Shown here piece by piece: positions 38,001 to 49,662 of a stretch of 64,000 nt of DNA; position 1 is the stretch's first letter, and the number at the start of each line of letters is the position of its first letter. Source of the DNA: Takakia lepidozioides. Its lineage: Eukaryota; Plantae; Bryophyta. The notes below the pieces were generated by a model. The model saw only the letters and a program-made list of their open reading frames with translations, had not been told where the DNA came from and did not search any database. Position numbers and translations under genes: made by a program. The stretch is from NCBI GenBank assembly GCA_030704615.1, contig CM060732.1, positions 75,206,001 to 75,270,000 on the forward strand, written 5' to 3'.

Positions 38001-38115
38001 GATACTGCCACACAATAGGTGTGGTGTCCAATGGAGACAACTGAGGAGGGTCCTGGGCTGCAATCACCGAACTCTCCTCCTCTCCTGACGTTACAAAAGC
38101 CTACACCCAGGCTTG

Positions 38116-38615
38116 NNNNNNNNNNNNNNNNNNNNNNNNNNNNNNNNNNNNNNNNNNNNNNNNNNNNNNNNNNNNNNNNNNNNNNNNNNNNNNNNNNNNN
38201 NNNNNNNNNNNNNNNNNNNNNNNNNNNNNNNNNNNNNNNNNNNNNNNNNNNNNNNNNNNNNNNNNNNNNNNNNNNNNNNNNNNNNNNNNNNNNNNNNNNN
38301 NNNNNNNNNNNNNNNNNNNNNNNNNNNNNNNNNNNNNNNNNNNNNNNNNNNNNNNNNNNNNNNNNNNNNNNNNNNNNNNNNNNNNNNNNNNNNNNNNNNN
38401 NNNNNNNNNNNNNNNNNNNNNNNNNNNNNNNNNNNNNNNNNNNNNNNNNNNNNNNNNNNNNNNNNNNNNNNNNNNNNNNNNNNNNNNNNNNNNNNNNNNN
38501 NNNNNNNNNNNNNNNNNNNNNNNNNNNNNNNNNNNNNNNNNNNNNNNNNNNNNNNNNNNNNNNNNNNNNNNNNNNNNNNNNNNNNNNNNNNNNNNNNNNN
38601 NNNNNNNNNNNNNNN
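38116..38615. other. Assembly gap (500 N)
   Basis: Run of exactly 500 N. The sequence after the gap does not continue the Gypsy element. Confidence 1.
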
Positions 38616-39060
38616 ACCACTAAGTACACTGGAAGGAAGAGAGTGGGAAGATATTCAGGTCATGTCAAGACATGGACAAGACCCATAAGGGTCATTGTCA
38701 ATAAAGACATAAACAGCCTTGATAGGCACTATCTCTCACATTTCCAGTCTTGTCAACTCATCCCCAAAAAGACACCATCCAATCCCCAAGACAAAACAGG
38801 GTGGGAGGGCGGGGTTTGTTCTTTGTGTGGGACAAAGATAAGATATTGTTGTCCTGTGCATGCTGCAAGGCCTCTTGTTCAGCGTACATATACCAGCAGC
38901 TTACCAAGTCAGCCATGAATTATGGCAGGTCATGCATCAGCCAAGGCAAAAGGACCAGCCTGCATTTTGTCAGAATCCTCAGTATCCCACCAAGCAGTCC
39001 AACTTGATCAGGGAGAAGAGGGGGCAACAATGAAAAAAATGGGTTGGGGGGGGGGGGGTG

Positions 39061-40960
39061 GTCAGATGGTGGGGTCAGCTGCGGCAATATGTCCAACACC
39101 AGATTCCTAAGTTAATCGACTCTATATCTTTGAAACAGACCGCCCACCCGACCTGTCAAACAGGCTAAGTCCTGCAGAAGACAGTAGAAGAGATTCTCAA
39201 GGACCTGGACCTGGAACCGCAAGTCTTCACACCTGCTGGTAATTCTGACTTAGAGCTGTAGTGTCCCACCATGTCTGTTGCCATGAGATTTTCTGATGAA
39301 ATGAAGTTAGGCAAAAACTCTTCCCTGAACTTGTTTCCAGTCAGTGACATGGGGAGGAAATCTTAGATGACCTCAAGGGTCTACCACTTCGCACTAGACT
39401 GAAATTTAAACTCGGGGCCGGAAGCCTCTCTCACCAAAGAGACGCTCTCTTCAAATCTATCAAGGGAATTGTGCATGTACCTCTATTTACTAACTTTGAA
39501 AGTCTCGAGGCTGAGCCAAAAGCCCAACCCCTTATGAGGCCTAGTGTTTTGATCTCACACACAACAGATTGATGCTTTTTGTGAAGGGATTTGTAGAGGA
39601 TATCTGGAAAACCTGGATTAATTCTATATTGAAGGTAGTCTTACTACAACTCATCCCCTGACAGAGGTAGGATCTGTCCCTTTTGTTTCCCCAAAGAGGG
39701 GCAACAAAGAAAACAGAGAAGTGGGGGGGAGGGAGTGAGTGAGCAGCAACAACTCCTTCTGTTCTACTCTCTTTTAAGCTCCCGACGAGATAAATTCAAG
39801 GTCAGCTGGTGGGTTCAGCTGCAACATATGTCCAACACTAGATGTCTTAAATTAATCGACTCTATAATCTTGGAAACAGGACCGCCCACCACCACCTGTC
39901 AAACAGGGTAAGTCCTGGTAGAAGACAGTAGAAGAGTCTCAAGGACCTGGACCTGGAACCGCAAGTCTTCACCCTGCTGGATAAATCTGACTTAGACTCT
40001 GTAGTGTCCAACCATGTCTGTGGGCAACCTGAAGACATTATTCATTTTCTGATACACTGTCCGGGGTTCTCTCACCAAAGAGACGCTCTCTTCAAATCTA
40101 TCAAGGGAATTGTGCATGTACCTCTGTTTACTAACTTTGAAAAAGTCGAGGCTGAGCCAAAAGCCCAACCCTTTCTGAGGCCTAGTTTTTGGGCAACTCA
40201 CACACAGCAGATTGATGCTGGTGTGAAGGGATTTGTAGAGGATATCTGGAAAACCCGGATTAATTCTATATGTGAAGGTAAGTCTTACTACCACGTCAGC
40301 CCCTGATAGAGAAAGGATCTGTCCCTTTTGTTTCCCCAGAGAGGGGGCAACAAAGAAAAACAGAGAATGTGGGGGGGGGAGTGACTGAGCAGGCAGCAGC
40401 CTGCTCAGTCACTCCCCCCCCCCCCCCCCCACCTTCTTTTCTTTTCTTTGTTGCCCCCTGATGTATCCCTCTCACTCCCTCTCTCTGTCTCTCTCTGTCA
40501 CTCTCTCCCTCTCCTTCTCTCTCCTTCTCTTCTGTGTTGCTCTCTTTTAAGCTCCCGACACCCTAAATTCAAGGTCAGATGGTGGGTTCAGCTGTAACAT
40601 ATGTCCAACACCAGATATCCTAAGTTAATTGACTCTATATCTTGGAAACAGGACCGCCCTGTGAAACAGGGTGAGCCCTGGGAGAAGAGAGTAAAAGAGA
40701 TTCTCAGGATCTGAATCTGGACCCGCAAGTCTTGACCTTGCTGGATAAAACTGACTTAGAGAGTGTAGTGTCCAAAGCCATGTCTGTTATCAGAAAATTG
40801 TCCGATGAAAATGAAGTTAGGAAGAAAACTTCCCTGAACCTGTTTCCAGTCTGTGACATGGGGGAGGACATCATGGATGCGCTCAAGGGTCTATCCACTC
40901 TTGCACCAGACCTAAATTTAAAAGTCAGGGCAGGAAGACTACCTTTGAACAGTAAACAGA
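39061..40960 (+). mobile_element. Three overlapping, rearranged 3' fragments of a non-LTR (LINE) retrotransposon
   Basis: The same block GTCAG(A/C)TGGTGGG(G/T)TCAGCTG...ATGTCCAACAC recurs at ~39061, ~39801 and ~40573. Translations RWWVQL.HMSNTRYPK, LKVRAGRLPLNS and CGQPEDIIHFLIHCPGFSHQR..WKTR resemble the post-RT and zinc-knuckle region of LINE ORF2. Confidence 0.65.
40342..40459. repeat. Inverted repeat / hairpin
   Basis: Perfect 24-bp arms 40371-40394 and 40399-40422 around loop AGCA, extended imperfectly by GGGGGCAACAAAGAAAA / TTTTCTTTGTTGCCCCC. Confidence 0.9.
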
Positions 40961-42060
40961 AGCAGAGAGGAAAGGGAGAGTGAAATTTCCCTGACGTACC
41001 TCTGCTGCTACTGGTGCTTGAAGCGAGCTGCTGCGGTGATGTCGCGGCTGCCAGCGGCGCGAGTCCCCGCCACTGCAGGGTGTCTCTCCCCGCTCACCAT
41101 GGCTCTCTCTCTCTCTTCCTCGTTAGGTCGCGCCTCTGCGCGGCGTTCCTACCAACAATGGAGAGAGACATCAGCCCGTGCTTAGGGCAAGAAAAAAGAC
41201 AGAAAGTGAGGGAGGAGGCGGTGCTTACCTTGGGCGTTGGAGCGGCATTGGGCAAACTCCTTGGGGCCTTGCGACCACCTCGGGCTCAGCAGCAGGTGCG
41301 TTTCTCCTCCACCCTAAACCCCACTCTCTGAACTACCTCTCTCCCAAAGAACAAACGAAAAAGGGAGGGGAAAGAGATGCTTCAAGCACTTAGGGGAAAA
41401 AAAAAGGCGCGGCACCCACGTGCAACGCCCGGCCCGTCGCACGCCTGCGCCCGCCCTTTTTTTGAAATGTAAAAGTGAATTTTGCAACGGTTGGGCGTCG
41501 TTTCTTGCGACCCCCGGCCATAAAAGTAAAAAAACACGTCGCCCCCCGCGACGGCTGTCCGTCGCGGGGTGCGACCACCAGGTAAAAAAACAAAAAAGAC
41601 TCGTCGTCCATTGCGACGCCAGGGTGTCGCAGGAGGCGACGGCCGACCTTTCTGGATTTAGGGTTTAGGGCCTTTTGGGTTTCTTAGTTTTTATTTTTAT
41701 TTTTTACTTTTTCATATGGTACTGGGTTAGGGTGTTTGCTTTTTTTTATGGTGCTAGGTTTTGGATTGGCAGTTTTGGTTGTCTGGGGTTAAAAGGATAA
41801 ACGGTGTAATTAGGATTCACATACCCAAAATGTGGTTCAATCTGAAATCGCAAAGCGCTGGGTCTCAACAAATTTTTCCATAGTGTGAGCATCCTAAAGA
41901 TAGAACGAGAGGAAGGATTTATTGTCTTGGGCTCTAGCACCATAGGGATGCTCCGCCTTTGGTTACCAATTTTGAAAGCCCCGAGGCTGAGGCATAGGGT
42001 TTTTTTGCCAACGGTTTTTGAGAAATTAAAGTGTTGGTGGTGTGTGTTAATTAGGATGGG

Positions 42061-42457
42061 ATGGTGAGGAAACATCGACCCGTCTCCCTCGAGGATGGGG
42101 AGGTAGTACCACACATCGATTGTGGCCCTAGAGTGACCATTTTTCGTGGCAAGGAGGCACCCATTGCACCTGATCCAATACAGGCTGCCGGGCACAATCG
42201 TAGAAGGGACCGGGGCCAATTTTCAGGTGATGCGGAGGATGTTGACACTCCGGGATCAAATCGGGCGCGCCGCGGGTTGCCCCCTCGCGGGCCACCCTGT
42301 CCAACCACGTCCACCTTTGACCCCCCCGACAGGATTGAGTGTTGGTGCACTAAGTGTTGGGAATGGATACCGCCGGGCGGCACCAGACCACCGAGGCGAC
42401 GACCGCATGTTGTCGAAAAACATTACAAGAAGAACAAGATTGCGGATGCGGCAAAGG
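42061..42457 (+). CDS. Probable first exon of the CACTA transposase (transposase-associated Cys/His domain)
   Basis: IECWCTKC...VVEKHY resembles the C.C.KC...V..H motif at the TnpD N-terminus. Ends at donor AAG|GTGAGT. Confidence 0.55.
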
Positions 42458-45453
42458 TGAGTGCTTTTCCCACCCCTCTCATTAACATTCATTCAAGGTA
42501 CATTTAGGTTTATCTAATAATATAGTATGATTGGTAAGCATACATGAATCAAAATTACGACGTAAGTATTGATGCGTTGTTCACTACGCACATTGTGGCC
42601 ACGACTTGATGCCCAAGCTCGCAATCACATTGCACACGAGGCATTTCGCGCCGGTCTACTTGCAGTTTCAGGGCAGGGTTGGTCTCACCTTGAGGGAGGT
42701 GTTGGAAGCCGTCTTTGACACGAAATCTGAACTGTGTACGGGCCATACGTTGGCACCGATATTCCACCGATACTTCAACATTCCAAAAGGATTTCAACAC
42801 CAAAGGGAGCACAAAAGTGCCTTATGTGAAATTCTGCAAGTGCTGGAAGAAGAGGCAGAAGAGGTACACAGATTCGAAGAATGAAGCAAGGCATCCGCAC
42901 CATACAGTGGGTTTCAAAAAGGAAATCAAGATTCGGTGGGCTATCTTTGCATCAAGCTTTGTGGGTCGACTTCCACAGGGGCTGTCAATGAAACAGCTTG
43001 CACATCTGAAGAAGGGCCCTGCACATCAGTCTGCATTCAGTGGATCTCAAAGAGTGGATGGTGCACTGCGTTCTCAAGAGTTGAAGGAGCTTTTCTCAAC
43101 AGCCGCCGCCAATCATGCAGTTCTGGTGGTTCTGACAATGAAAGAGAGACACATGGATTGTTGCAATTTTGTGGCAGCCCATGGGAGGATCCAATCTATA
43201 AAAACGCTGCGGAGACAAATGCAGTGGGAGGGATCACTTTGAATGGTTTTTTTTCTAAGGGCAGGTTGAGAGAGTGTTGTGGTGTACTAGACTTCCAGGC
43301 ATTCATTGTGTAATGGAGCGCGCCAACCCCGCTCTCCACCACAGGTGCTAGCAGTAGCTGCTGCATACCCTGAGGTCTCTCCCACTAGATGAGCCACTTC
43401 TCGGCGGCGCACAGTTGGTGCAACAGAGGAGGTTGCTCCATGCGAAATTGACCTGCTCTTGAGATCGCCCAAAGAAGTGTAGCGAAGGGATAGCTGGCAG
43501 TTTCAGGGCGCGCAGCACTGATGGCACTCAAGTGTGCTCTTGCTAGCATTTGGAACGCTCTCTATGCCCACATCTACAACCAGCTTCAGCTCCCAGTCCA
43601 CCCACATTTCTGCACCTTCCTCGCCATTTTCGGCCATCTGAGGAGCCTTGTTGCGACCAGTCCTAAAGGTAGTGTTGCCTCGTCCACCCTAACCTCCCGA
43701 CAGCAGCAGCTCCTGCTTCCATGGAGTTCCAGCAGAACATCGCCATTCCTTCCGTCTTCCAAACGTCGTGGCCTTTGTGTTGACATTGGCTTCACTTGCT
43801 TTAACCTTGAAAAAAAAAAAAAAAAAAAAAAAAAAACTATTATGAAGGTTTGAAGAGGAGTCCCAAGGAATTCTTAGGGAACCTGCAGTGAATCCCAACA
43901 GACGTGGGAACAGTTTTTAATGGTGAGAACGTTTTGGTGTTAATTTTTTTTTTTAAAAAAAAAAATGGCATTTTGATCTAATTTGAAGGATTCAGAGCCT
44001 GGTTGGTCATATCTTTGTCAAATGAGCTCCGTTTGACTCAGTTCTTGAGGGGATAGCTGCAGAAAGGGGAAATCTACCTATCTAGACCTGGTTTTTGTTT
44101 TTGGGACTCTGCTAAAAATCTATGGAATTTTTAGAGTGTGAGTGTGCCATGAAAGATCCACAATCCTGTCTCTAGAACCTGTGCTGGTCTATATGAGAGA
44201 CAAATTGGTGGATGTACTCCTTGCATGGCTGGGGGAAATGAGGACGTAATTGAAGGGCAGGTCTCTTCTCTTAGTCTGTGCACACAAGGTTTTGAGTGGA
44301 GAACAGTTGGACGAGTTGATTGCATACTGGGAGTCAGGCATTAGCAGTAGACAACAGACTGCTGTAGTTGGCATTGAGGGCCTCAATATCGCCTTGGACA
44401 GTCAGAACTCTGTTGGAGCCAGCAGTTCTGCAGCTGTAGGTGAAATACCAAAGTGGGTGAAAGCTAGGCTTGGAACACAGCCAAAGACAGCCCCGGGGAC
44501 CAAGGTGTTCAGCCACAAGGCCGTGGTGTACTGGAGCAGAGGAGCAGGAGCTACACAAGTTTGTGCAATCAGACATGGTTGCAGCCGGATACGCTCTGCA
44601 CAGGGCAACCACGAGCGGGGGTTCATCAGCAATGACATGTTTGTTGTGCGTGAAGGAGATGCAGTCATTCGCAATGAGGACACCCGCAACCGTCTCAAAG
44701 CTTTCGAGTTTGAGAGACTATCAGACCCTACCTTTGTTTTCTTTAGTGTTCAGTGAGCGGGAGATAGGGGAGTATTGCTTTGTCTCTACCTTGGCAGAAA
44801 GAGGAGGAGGGTTGGTTAGAGCGAGCTACTGTAGCTTGGGACAAGGTTAGTGGCAGGTTTCTGGACATAGATATACCTCCTACACCTTACCATCACGCAG
44901 AGCGAGGCACTTTGAGAGAAGTCTGGAAGTTGATAGCATAGATCAGGATTAGATCTTGCTTGGGCGGGCTTCTATTCTTCCCCTCCATCTCTGTACTATT
45001 TTCATTACCTTGTACTCGTAGTTGCCAAAGCCTCTCTTGGTGGAGGCCAGTCAGTCCGGGGTTTTGGGCTGGGATATTCTGCAGGATCAGCATTGCAGCT
45101 GGATTTTGGTGTGGGGGTGTTGATGTTTTGATTTCTTGTGTTTGGATCCCCCCCAACACCTGCATGCTTGACTGTGCGCCATGTTGGTTTTGTGTGGGCG
45201 CTTGCTTTCATAGGGATTAGGCCGGATTTGATCACCGGTCAATCCTAGAGTATGCTGTCGGTGGTGAGGCTGGAGTGATGACCAGCAAGACCACCAGTGT
45301 TTCTTCTATGGTGAGGCTGGGTTGATGACCAGCCAACCATAGGAGTTCTTGCGGTGGATGCAGGTGCAGGTGCCCTGAGCCATTGGGATATGACCCTTAA
45401 ACTGCAACAGGTGCCCACCCGTGTCACTATTAGATTAGTACTAGAGCCTTATA

Positions 45454-47070
45454 GTGTCACGTGGAGGAGGTGCACATTGTGAGTGTCATTACGGAGTTAC
45501 CCAGGGTTTTGAGGGGAGTACGGCTACAGGCAGTAACAGTGAGAGTGGGTTCACAAGACGAGGTATTCGGTTCAGACCACCTTCACCGCCACCCTCAATT
45601 ACTGTAGAGTCAGACACAGACTCGGAGGCTTCATCAACAGGTGTGCACTTTCATTCGCCATTGTTGTGGGACGACATGGAGGAGATGTATGGAGCTACCA
45701 AGGGGCCTCGTAGGTACTCTGGAGCTGTGGGCACAATCGAGTTGGATGACTTTATCCAGGAGTTCGACAGCTGGTGTGATTTGCAGCAGATGCGCAATCC
45801 ACAGCTATTCACCCCATTCATGGCGTGGAAGGGACTGTTCCAGCATTTGGAAGGCCCGCCTATGGACGATTACCACGAGTTCAGGCGAGGACATGAAGCA
45901 GAGATTGAGGAGTGGAGGATGTATTGGTCACCTGACTACGTCTCCATTACTCGAGGCACGACGCGACCAGTAGCTGCATCAGTACCAATAGCTCCCACTG
46001 CCAGCACTAGTAGTGGAGCAAGTAGTGCTGGTACTTCTGTAGGTGGTACCAGTTCAAAAGGTGCTACTACTCCTCCTGCCACGACTACAACACATGTGCC
46101 TAGATTCAACCCGGTGGTGGAGTTCTTCCAGGAGTTGCGGAGGAACTACCAAGGTGTACGGACTGAGAAGCTGCGAAGTTTGCAAGACTTCCAGCGCAAA
46201 CCCAGTGAGAGCCTGCGAGAGGCGTACACTCGTATGAGGCGCTTGATAAGTGTGACCCAAGGGGTTACTGAAGCTCAGGCAATCCAGTTTTGGTATGGAA
46301 TTCTGGACAAGGAGCTCAAGAGAAGGGTGCGAGATGCAACCTGTTACAAGCAGCCCAACCCACATTAGCAGATGTGTTTCTGCTGGCTGAGCGGATTGAG
46401 CTCAACATGGTGGAGGAGCGAGTTGTTACCATTGGATTTGGCAAGGACATGCCTGCACGAGGCGCAGCTGCCAGCCCACAGGCACAAGGTACTGCCCAGC
46501 AGCGTGGTCAGGGGGGCAAGGTTTCCCAGCCCAAGTTCCATGGAGCTTACAGGGGACCTCAGGTGCAGAGGCCCGTGGCATCTTTTGCAGGCCAACAGTA
46601 ACCAGGGGTGATATGTTGGACATGTGGAGGACCCCATGTCAAGAGAGATTGCCCAGAGAGTGGCAGAAGGCCGGCACAAGCACAGCCTGCACAGTTGCAG
46701 TGTGGGCATTGTGGCAAGTATGGGCATGGAGATGCCCAGTGTTATGACTTGCATCCTGAGTTGCGCCCAGGCCAGTTCCAAGGGAACAATGGTGGCCGGG
46801 GGCGAGGTGGACCAGCCCAGAGAGGACGAGGTGGTCAGGCACGAGGTGCAGGCCAAGGGCAAGCTTAACATGGCCAAGGACGCGGAGGTCAGGGTGTTGA
46901 TCAAGGCATGGCCAACCGGCTTCAGCAGCTAGAGCAGAGGCTCGCTGCCATGGCTATAGCTCAGGCGGTACCGGCTCCCAGGCGGGATGGTCCACCTCCT
47001 GCTCCTGAGGGAGGAGATATGGGAGGCATGGGATTTATGTGCAGAGCAGCACTACCACTAGAGCAGGTGG
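45454..47070 (+). pseudogene. Gag with two zinc knuckles (frameshift ~46345, TAA at 46599 and 46866)
   Basis: DDFIQEFDSWC and KLRSLQDFQRKPSESLREAYTRMRRL (capsid-like), CWTCGGPHVKRDC and CGHCGKYGHGDAQC, followed by an RGG-rich tail. Confidence 0.85.
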
Positions 47071-47639
47071 AGGTGCTGCAGCCGTGACTCGAGGAGCAGC
47101 ACGAGTTCCTGAGGCACGAGGTGCAGAGGTGGAATTGGATCCACAGCGTGGGGAGGCAAGCCGTCAGGCGAGGCTTCCTCAGTCATTCACATTGGCGGAG
47201 ACTGTATCGACGCCATCCATGGCACCTAGTTCTCGCCCGACTGTTACCGAGGCGGAGGTTATCATGCCATTGGGGAGAGCTACACGTGCAGCATTGACTC
47301 CTGCTGCCAAGGCTAGTGCGGCCGGTGTGTTATTGGGGGCAGCCACCTCTGTGTGTCAGGCCCCACTGTTCTCGGCAACAATGATTGCGACGCCGGGGGT
47401 AAGGCCAGCTGCAGTGTTCAGACTAGCAGCAACACTCTGTGAGAGTGGGGAGGTCATTTCATCTTCTGCGGAGTTAGTGGAAGGTGTAGTGGCAGAGGGA
47501 TCCTCGGATTTGAGGGTCAAGACTGCCACGGCTGCGCCCTGGCAAGCTGCAGCTGCCAGGTTGACGGAGCTGCCAGCTAGGCTAGCCTTTGAGCGCGCCA
47601 TGGTGACACCTGGAGTTGTCTTGTTAGACAACCAGGGAG

Positions 47640-48030
47640 GCATTTTCACTTTGAGTGGACCGGCAGGCAAGAAGTACCGGCCACTGCGGGTCTTGTTGGA
47701 CTCGGGAGCTCAGCCACTGATGTTGGGCAGAGCTGCTATTGCAGGTTTGGGCCTCATGGAGGCGGATATGGAGCCTTGCCCTTTCCAGATACAGACATCT
47801 CTGGGAGGATCAGAGCAGGCTCGGGGCATGACACGACATCAGTTGGCCATTAGACTGCAGCCGGATCACCCTATCGATGGCTCAGTAATGCGAGCCAAGG
47901 CCATTGTGACAGACGCAATCTCTTACGATGTCCTCGTTGGTGGGGCAGTGTTATACCCCATGGGCTTCACCCTGGACTTTTGGGAGGAGTCAGCATCCTA
48001 CGGGCCTGGATGGCAGTCAGGCGATGGTCG
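47640..48030 (+). CDS. Retroviral-type aspartic protease domain
   Basis: VLLDSGAQPLML active site and YDVLVGGAVL C-terminal motif, in the same frame as DNMT motifs I-IV (ORF 47039..48835). Confidence 0.9.
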
Positions 48031-48409
48031 CCATGCACAGCTCCCTGTGACATTCATTGGGGGTATAGCGGCTGCCCAGCGGGGCAAGATGCCAACACTA
48101 GCCGCCTTTATAGCTGCAGTTAGTTGGCCTGGAGAGTTGCTGGAAGGCAATGCCCATGCAGAGGATGTGCCACCTCCAGAAGAGCAGGATGACATGCATG
48201 GTATGGCGGAGTTGCCTGCCATGGTTGCTCACACTCCATTATGGGGTACGAGCAAGGATTTGCAGCAGGTTGCTGATCGACGGGTACAACAAGCCTGGGT
48301 AGAGGCTTTTTTTCCGTCAGGAGAGGAGGAGAGTGCGGGTATTGCACCAGGACCACCTCAGTTGTCGCCATTGGACACCACACCTCTTGTGTGGCAGCGG
48401 CCGGATGAA

Positions 48410-49380
48410 GGCATATGCTTTCTGGACTTGTTTGGCGGGATCAGCACTGGATTGGCTGCAGTGCTACATGCAGGTGTACGAGTTCGACGTTACCTGTATG
48501 TGGAGAGGGATGAGACTGCACGACGCGTCTCACTGCGCCATGTTGCTCAGATGGTGCAGCAGTACCCTGAGTTGTTGCTGGTGTCTGCAGTTCGTGGATA
48601 TCAGCAGGCCTTGCCAGCAGACATTGCGTTGCTGGGGGCGCAGGATTTGGAGCGGGTTGGCTCCATTGATCTGGTAGTGGCAGGTTGGCCCTGCCAAGGG
48701 CATTCATCAGCCGGGCATGGCAATGGATTGCGAGACTCGAGGACGGGTCTGTTTTGGGAGATGGTGCGGATTTTGCGCCACTTGCAGCTTCATCAGCTGT
48801 ATCTCCGGCATACATCTTGGAGAATGTGCCACTGATGGGTGATTCTCGGGCCAGGGTGATGGCCAGTGTGCATCAAGTCCGGTCGTGGCTTGGGTCAGCA
48901 GTGTTGCTGGATGCAGCTGCAGTGGGGTCACGGGCTCATCGTCCACGGCTTTGGTGGACTAACTTGATGCCACCCGCACTGCTCAAGCGTGCATTTGATG
49001 GGGTGCAGCGCCAGCACACCTCACCGTGGATGGCATTTTGGACACAGGGAGGCAGTCTCAACGTGTGAGACATAATGACCGTTCGCCTTTGGCAGTGGTC
49101 AACAGGATGGGTCACCCACGAGCAGCATTACCTACATGCTCAGCTTCCCAGGATCCCATGCTTTTCGGGATGTGGACCTGGCCTCCTGTGGGATGCTCAG
49201 TTGCAGCAGTTAGTGGAGCCTAATGCCGACAAGCGAGAGCGGGCTATGGGGTTTTCCACTGGGACCACGGCGGTGCCTTCTCTTTCTGAGGCATCACGTC
49301 GTCAGGTGTTGGGGCAAGCAATGGATCTCAATTGCTTGACCTGGATTGTCAGCTTGGCTATGGCTGAGCAACGTAGAGTG
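48410..49380 (+). pseudogene. DNMT3-like C5 cytosine DNA methyltransferase domain inside the polyprotein (four apparent 1-bp deletions)
   Basis: Canonical motif order: I FLDLFGGISTG (~48419), II YVERD, IV IDLVVAGWPCQ (48683-48697), VI YILENV (48820-48828), VIII AHRPRLWWTN (48937-48948), IX RERAMGF (~49234), X RRQVLGQAM (~49298). Confidence 0.95.
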
Positions 49381-49653
49381 CGGAGTGCACTTCCCTTGAC
49401 GGTCTCTCTGCCTACCGAGACGGTACAGGCAGCGAGTGGGGGCGAGCCGGTGAGGACCACGGGGTGTAGACATCCATGGCACACGTGGGAGGTGCTCGAG
49501 GTTCAGAGGGAGTTGGCAGCCAAGGCAGCTGTGATGGATGAGGTTGGGGATTCTTCTCGGGATGAGGAGGTTCTCAATGATGAGATGATGGGGCAGGATG
49601 AGGCCTTGTCATTGACTGAGCAGGAAGGGAGTACTGCTCAAGAGGTTGCAACA

Positions 49654-49662
49654 TAGCAACCA
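49654..49662 (+). promoter_or_regulatory. Candidate stop-codon readthrough signal TAG CAA CCA (UAG-CAR-YYA)
   Basis: Single in-frame TAG between the DNMT tail and the RT frame. Identical in copy 1 (36743-36735, minus strand). Confidence 0.7.

Larger units (their letters stand above)
33988..38115 (-). mobile_element. Ty3/Gypsy LTR retrotransposon with DNMT and PHD, copy 1 (RT deleted, 5' part lost in the gap)
   Basis: Collinear with 48290-53135. Contains DNMT motifs (GWPCQ, YILENV, ERERAM, RQVLGQAMD), RNaseH (FQLHTDWS, YSSYEGECLA), integrase HHCC and DDE, and a PHD finger. PPT TAGGGGGGCGAT is followed by a TG...CA 3' LTR at 34158-33988. Confidence 0.95.

Noticed and set aside
37994-38918. Long ORFs containing X runs
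   Set aside because: Artefacts of translating through the 500-N gap.
48410-49380. Host DRM/DNMT3 gene or bacterial restriction-modification contaminant
   Set aside because: Intronless, fused in frame to a retroviral protease, embedded at the same position in two Gypsy copies, non-permuted motif order and no restriction enzyme nearby.
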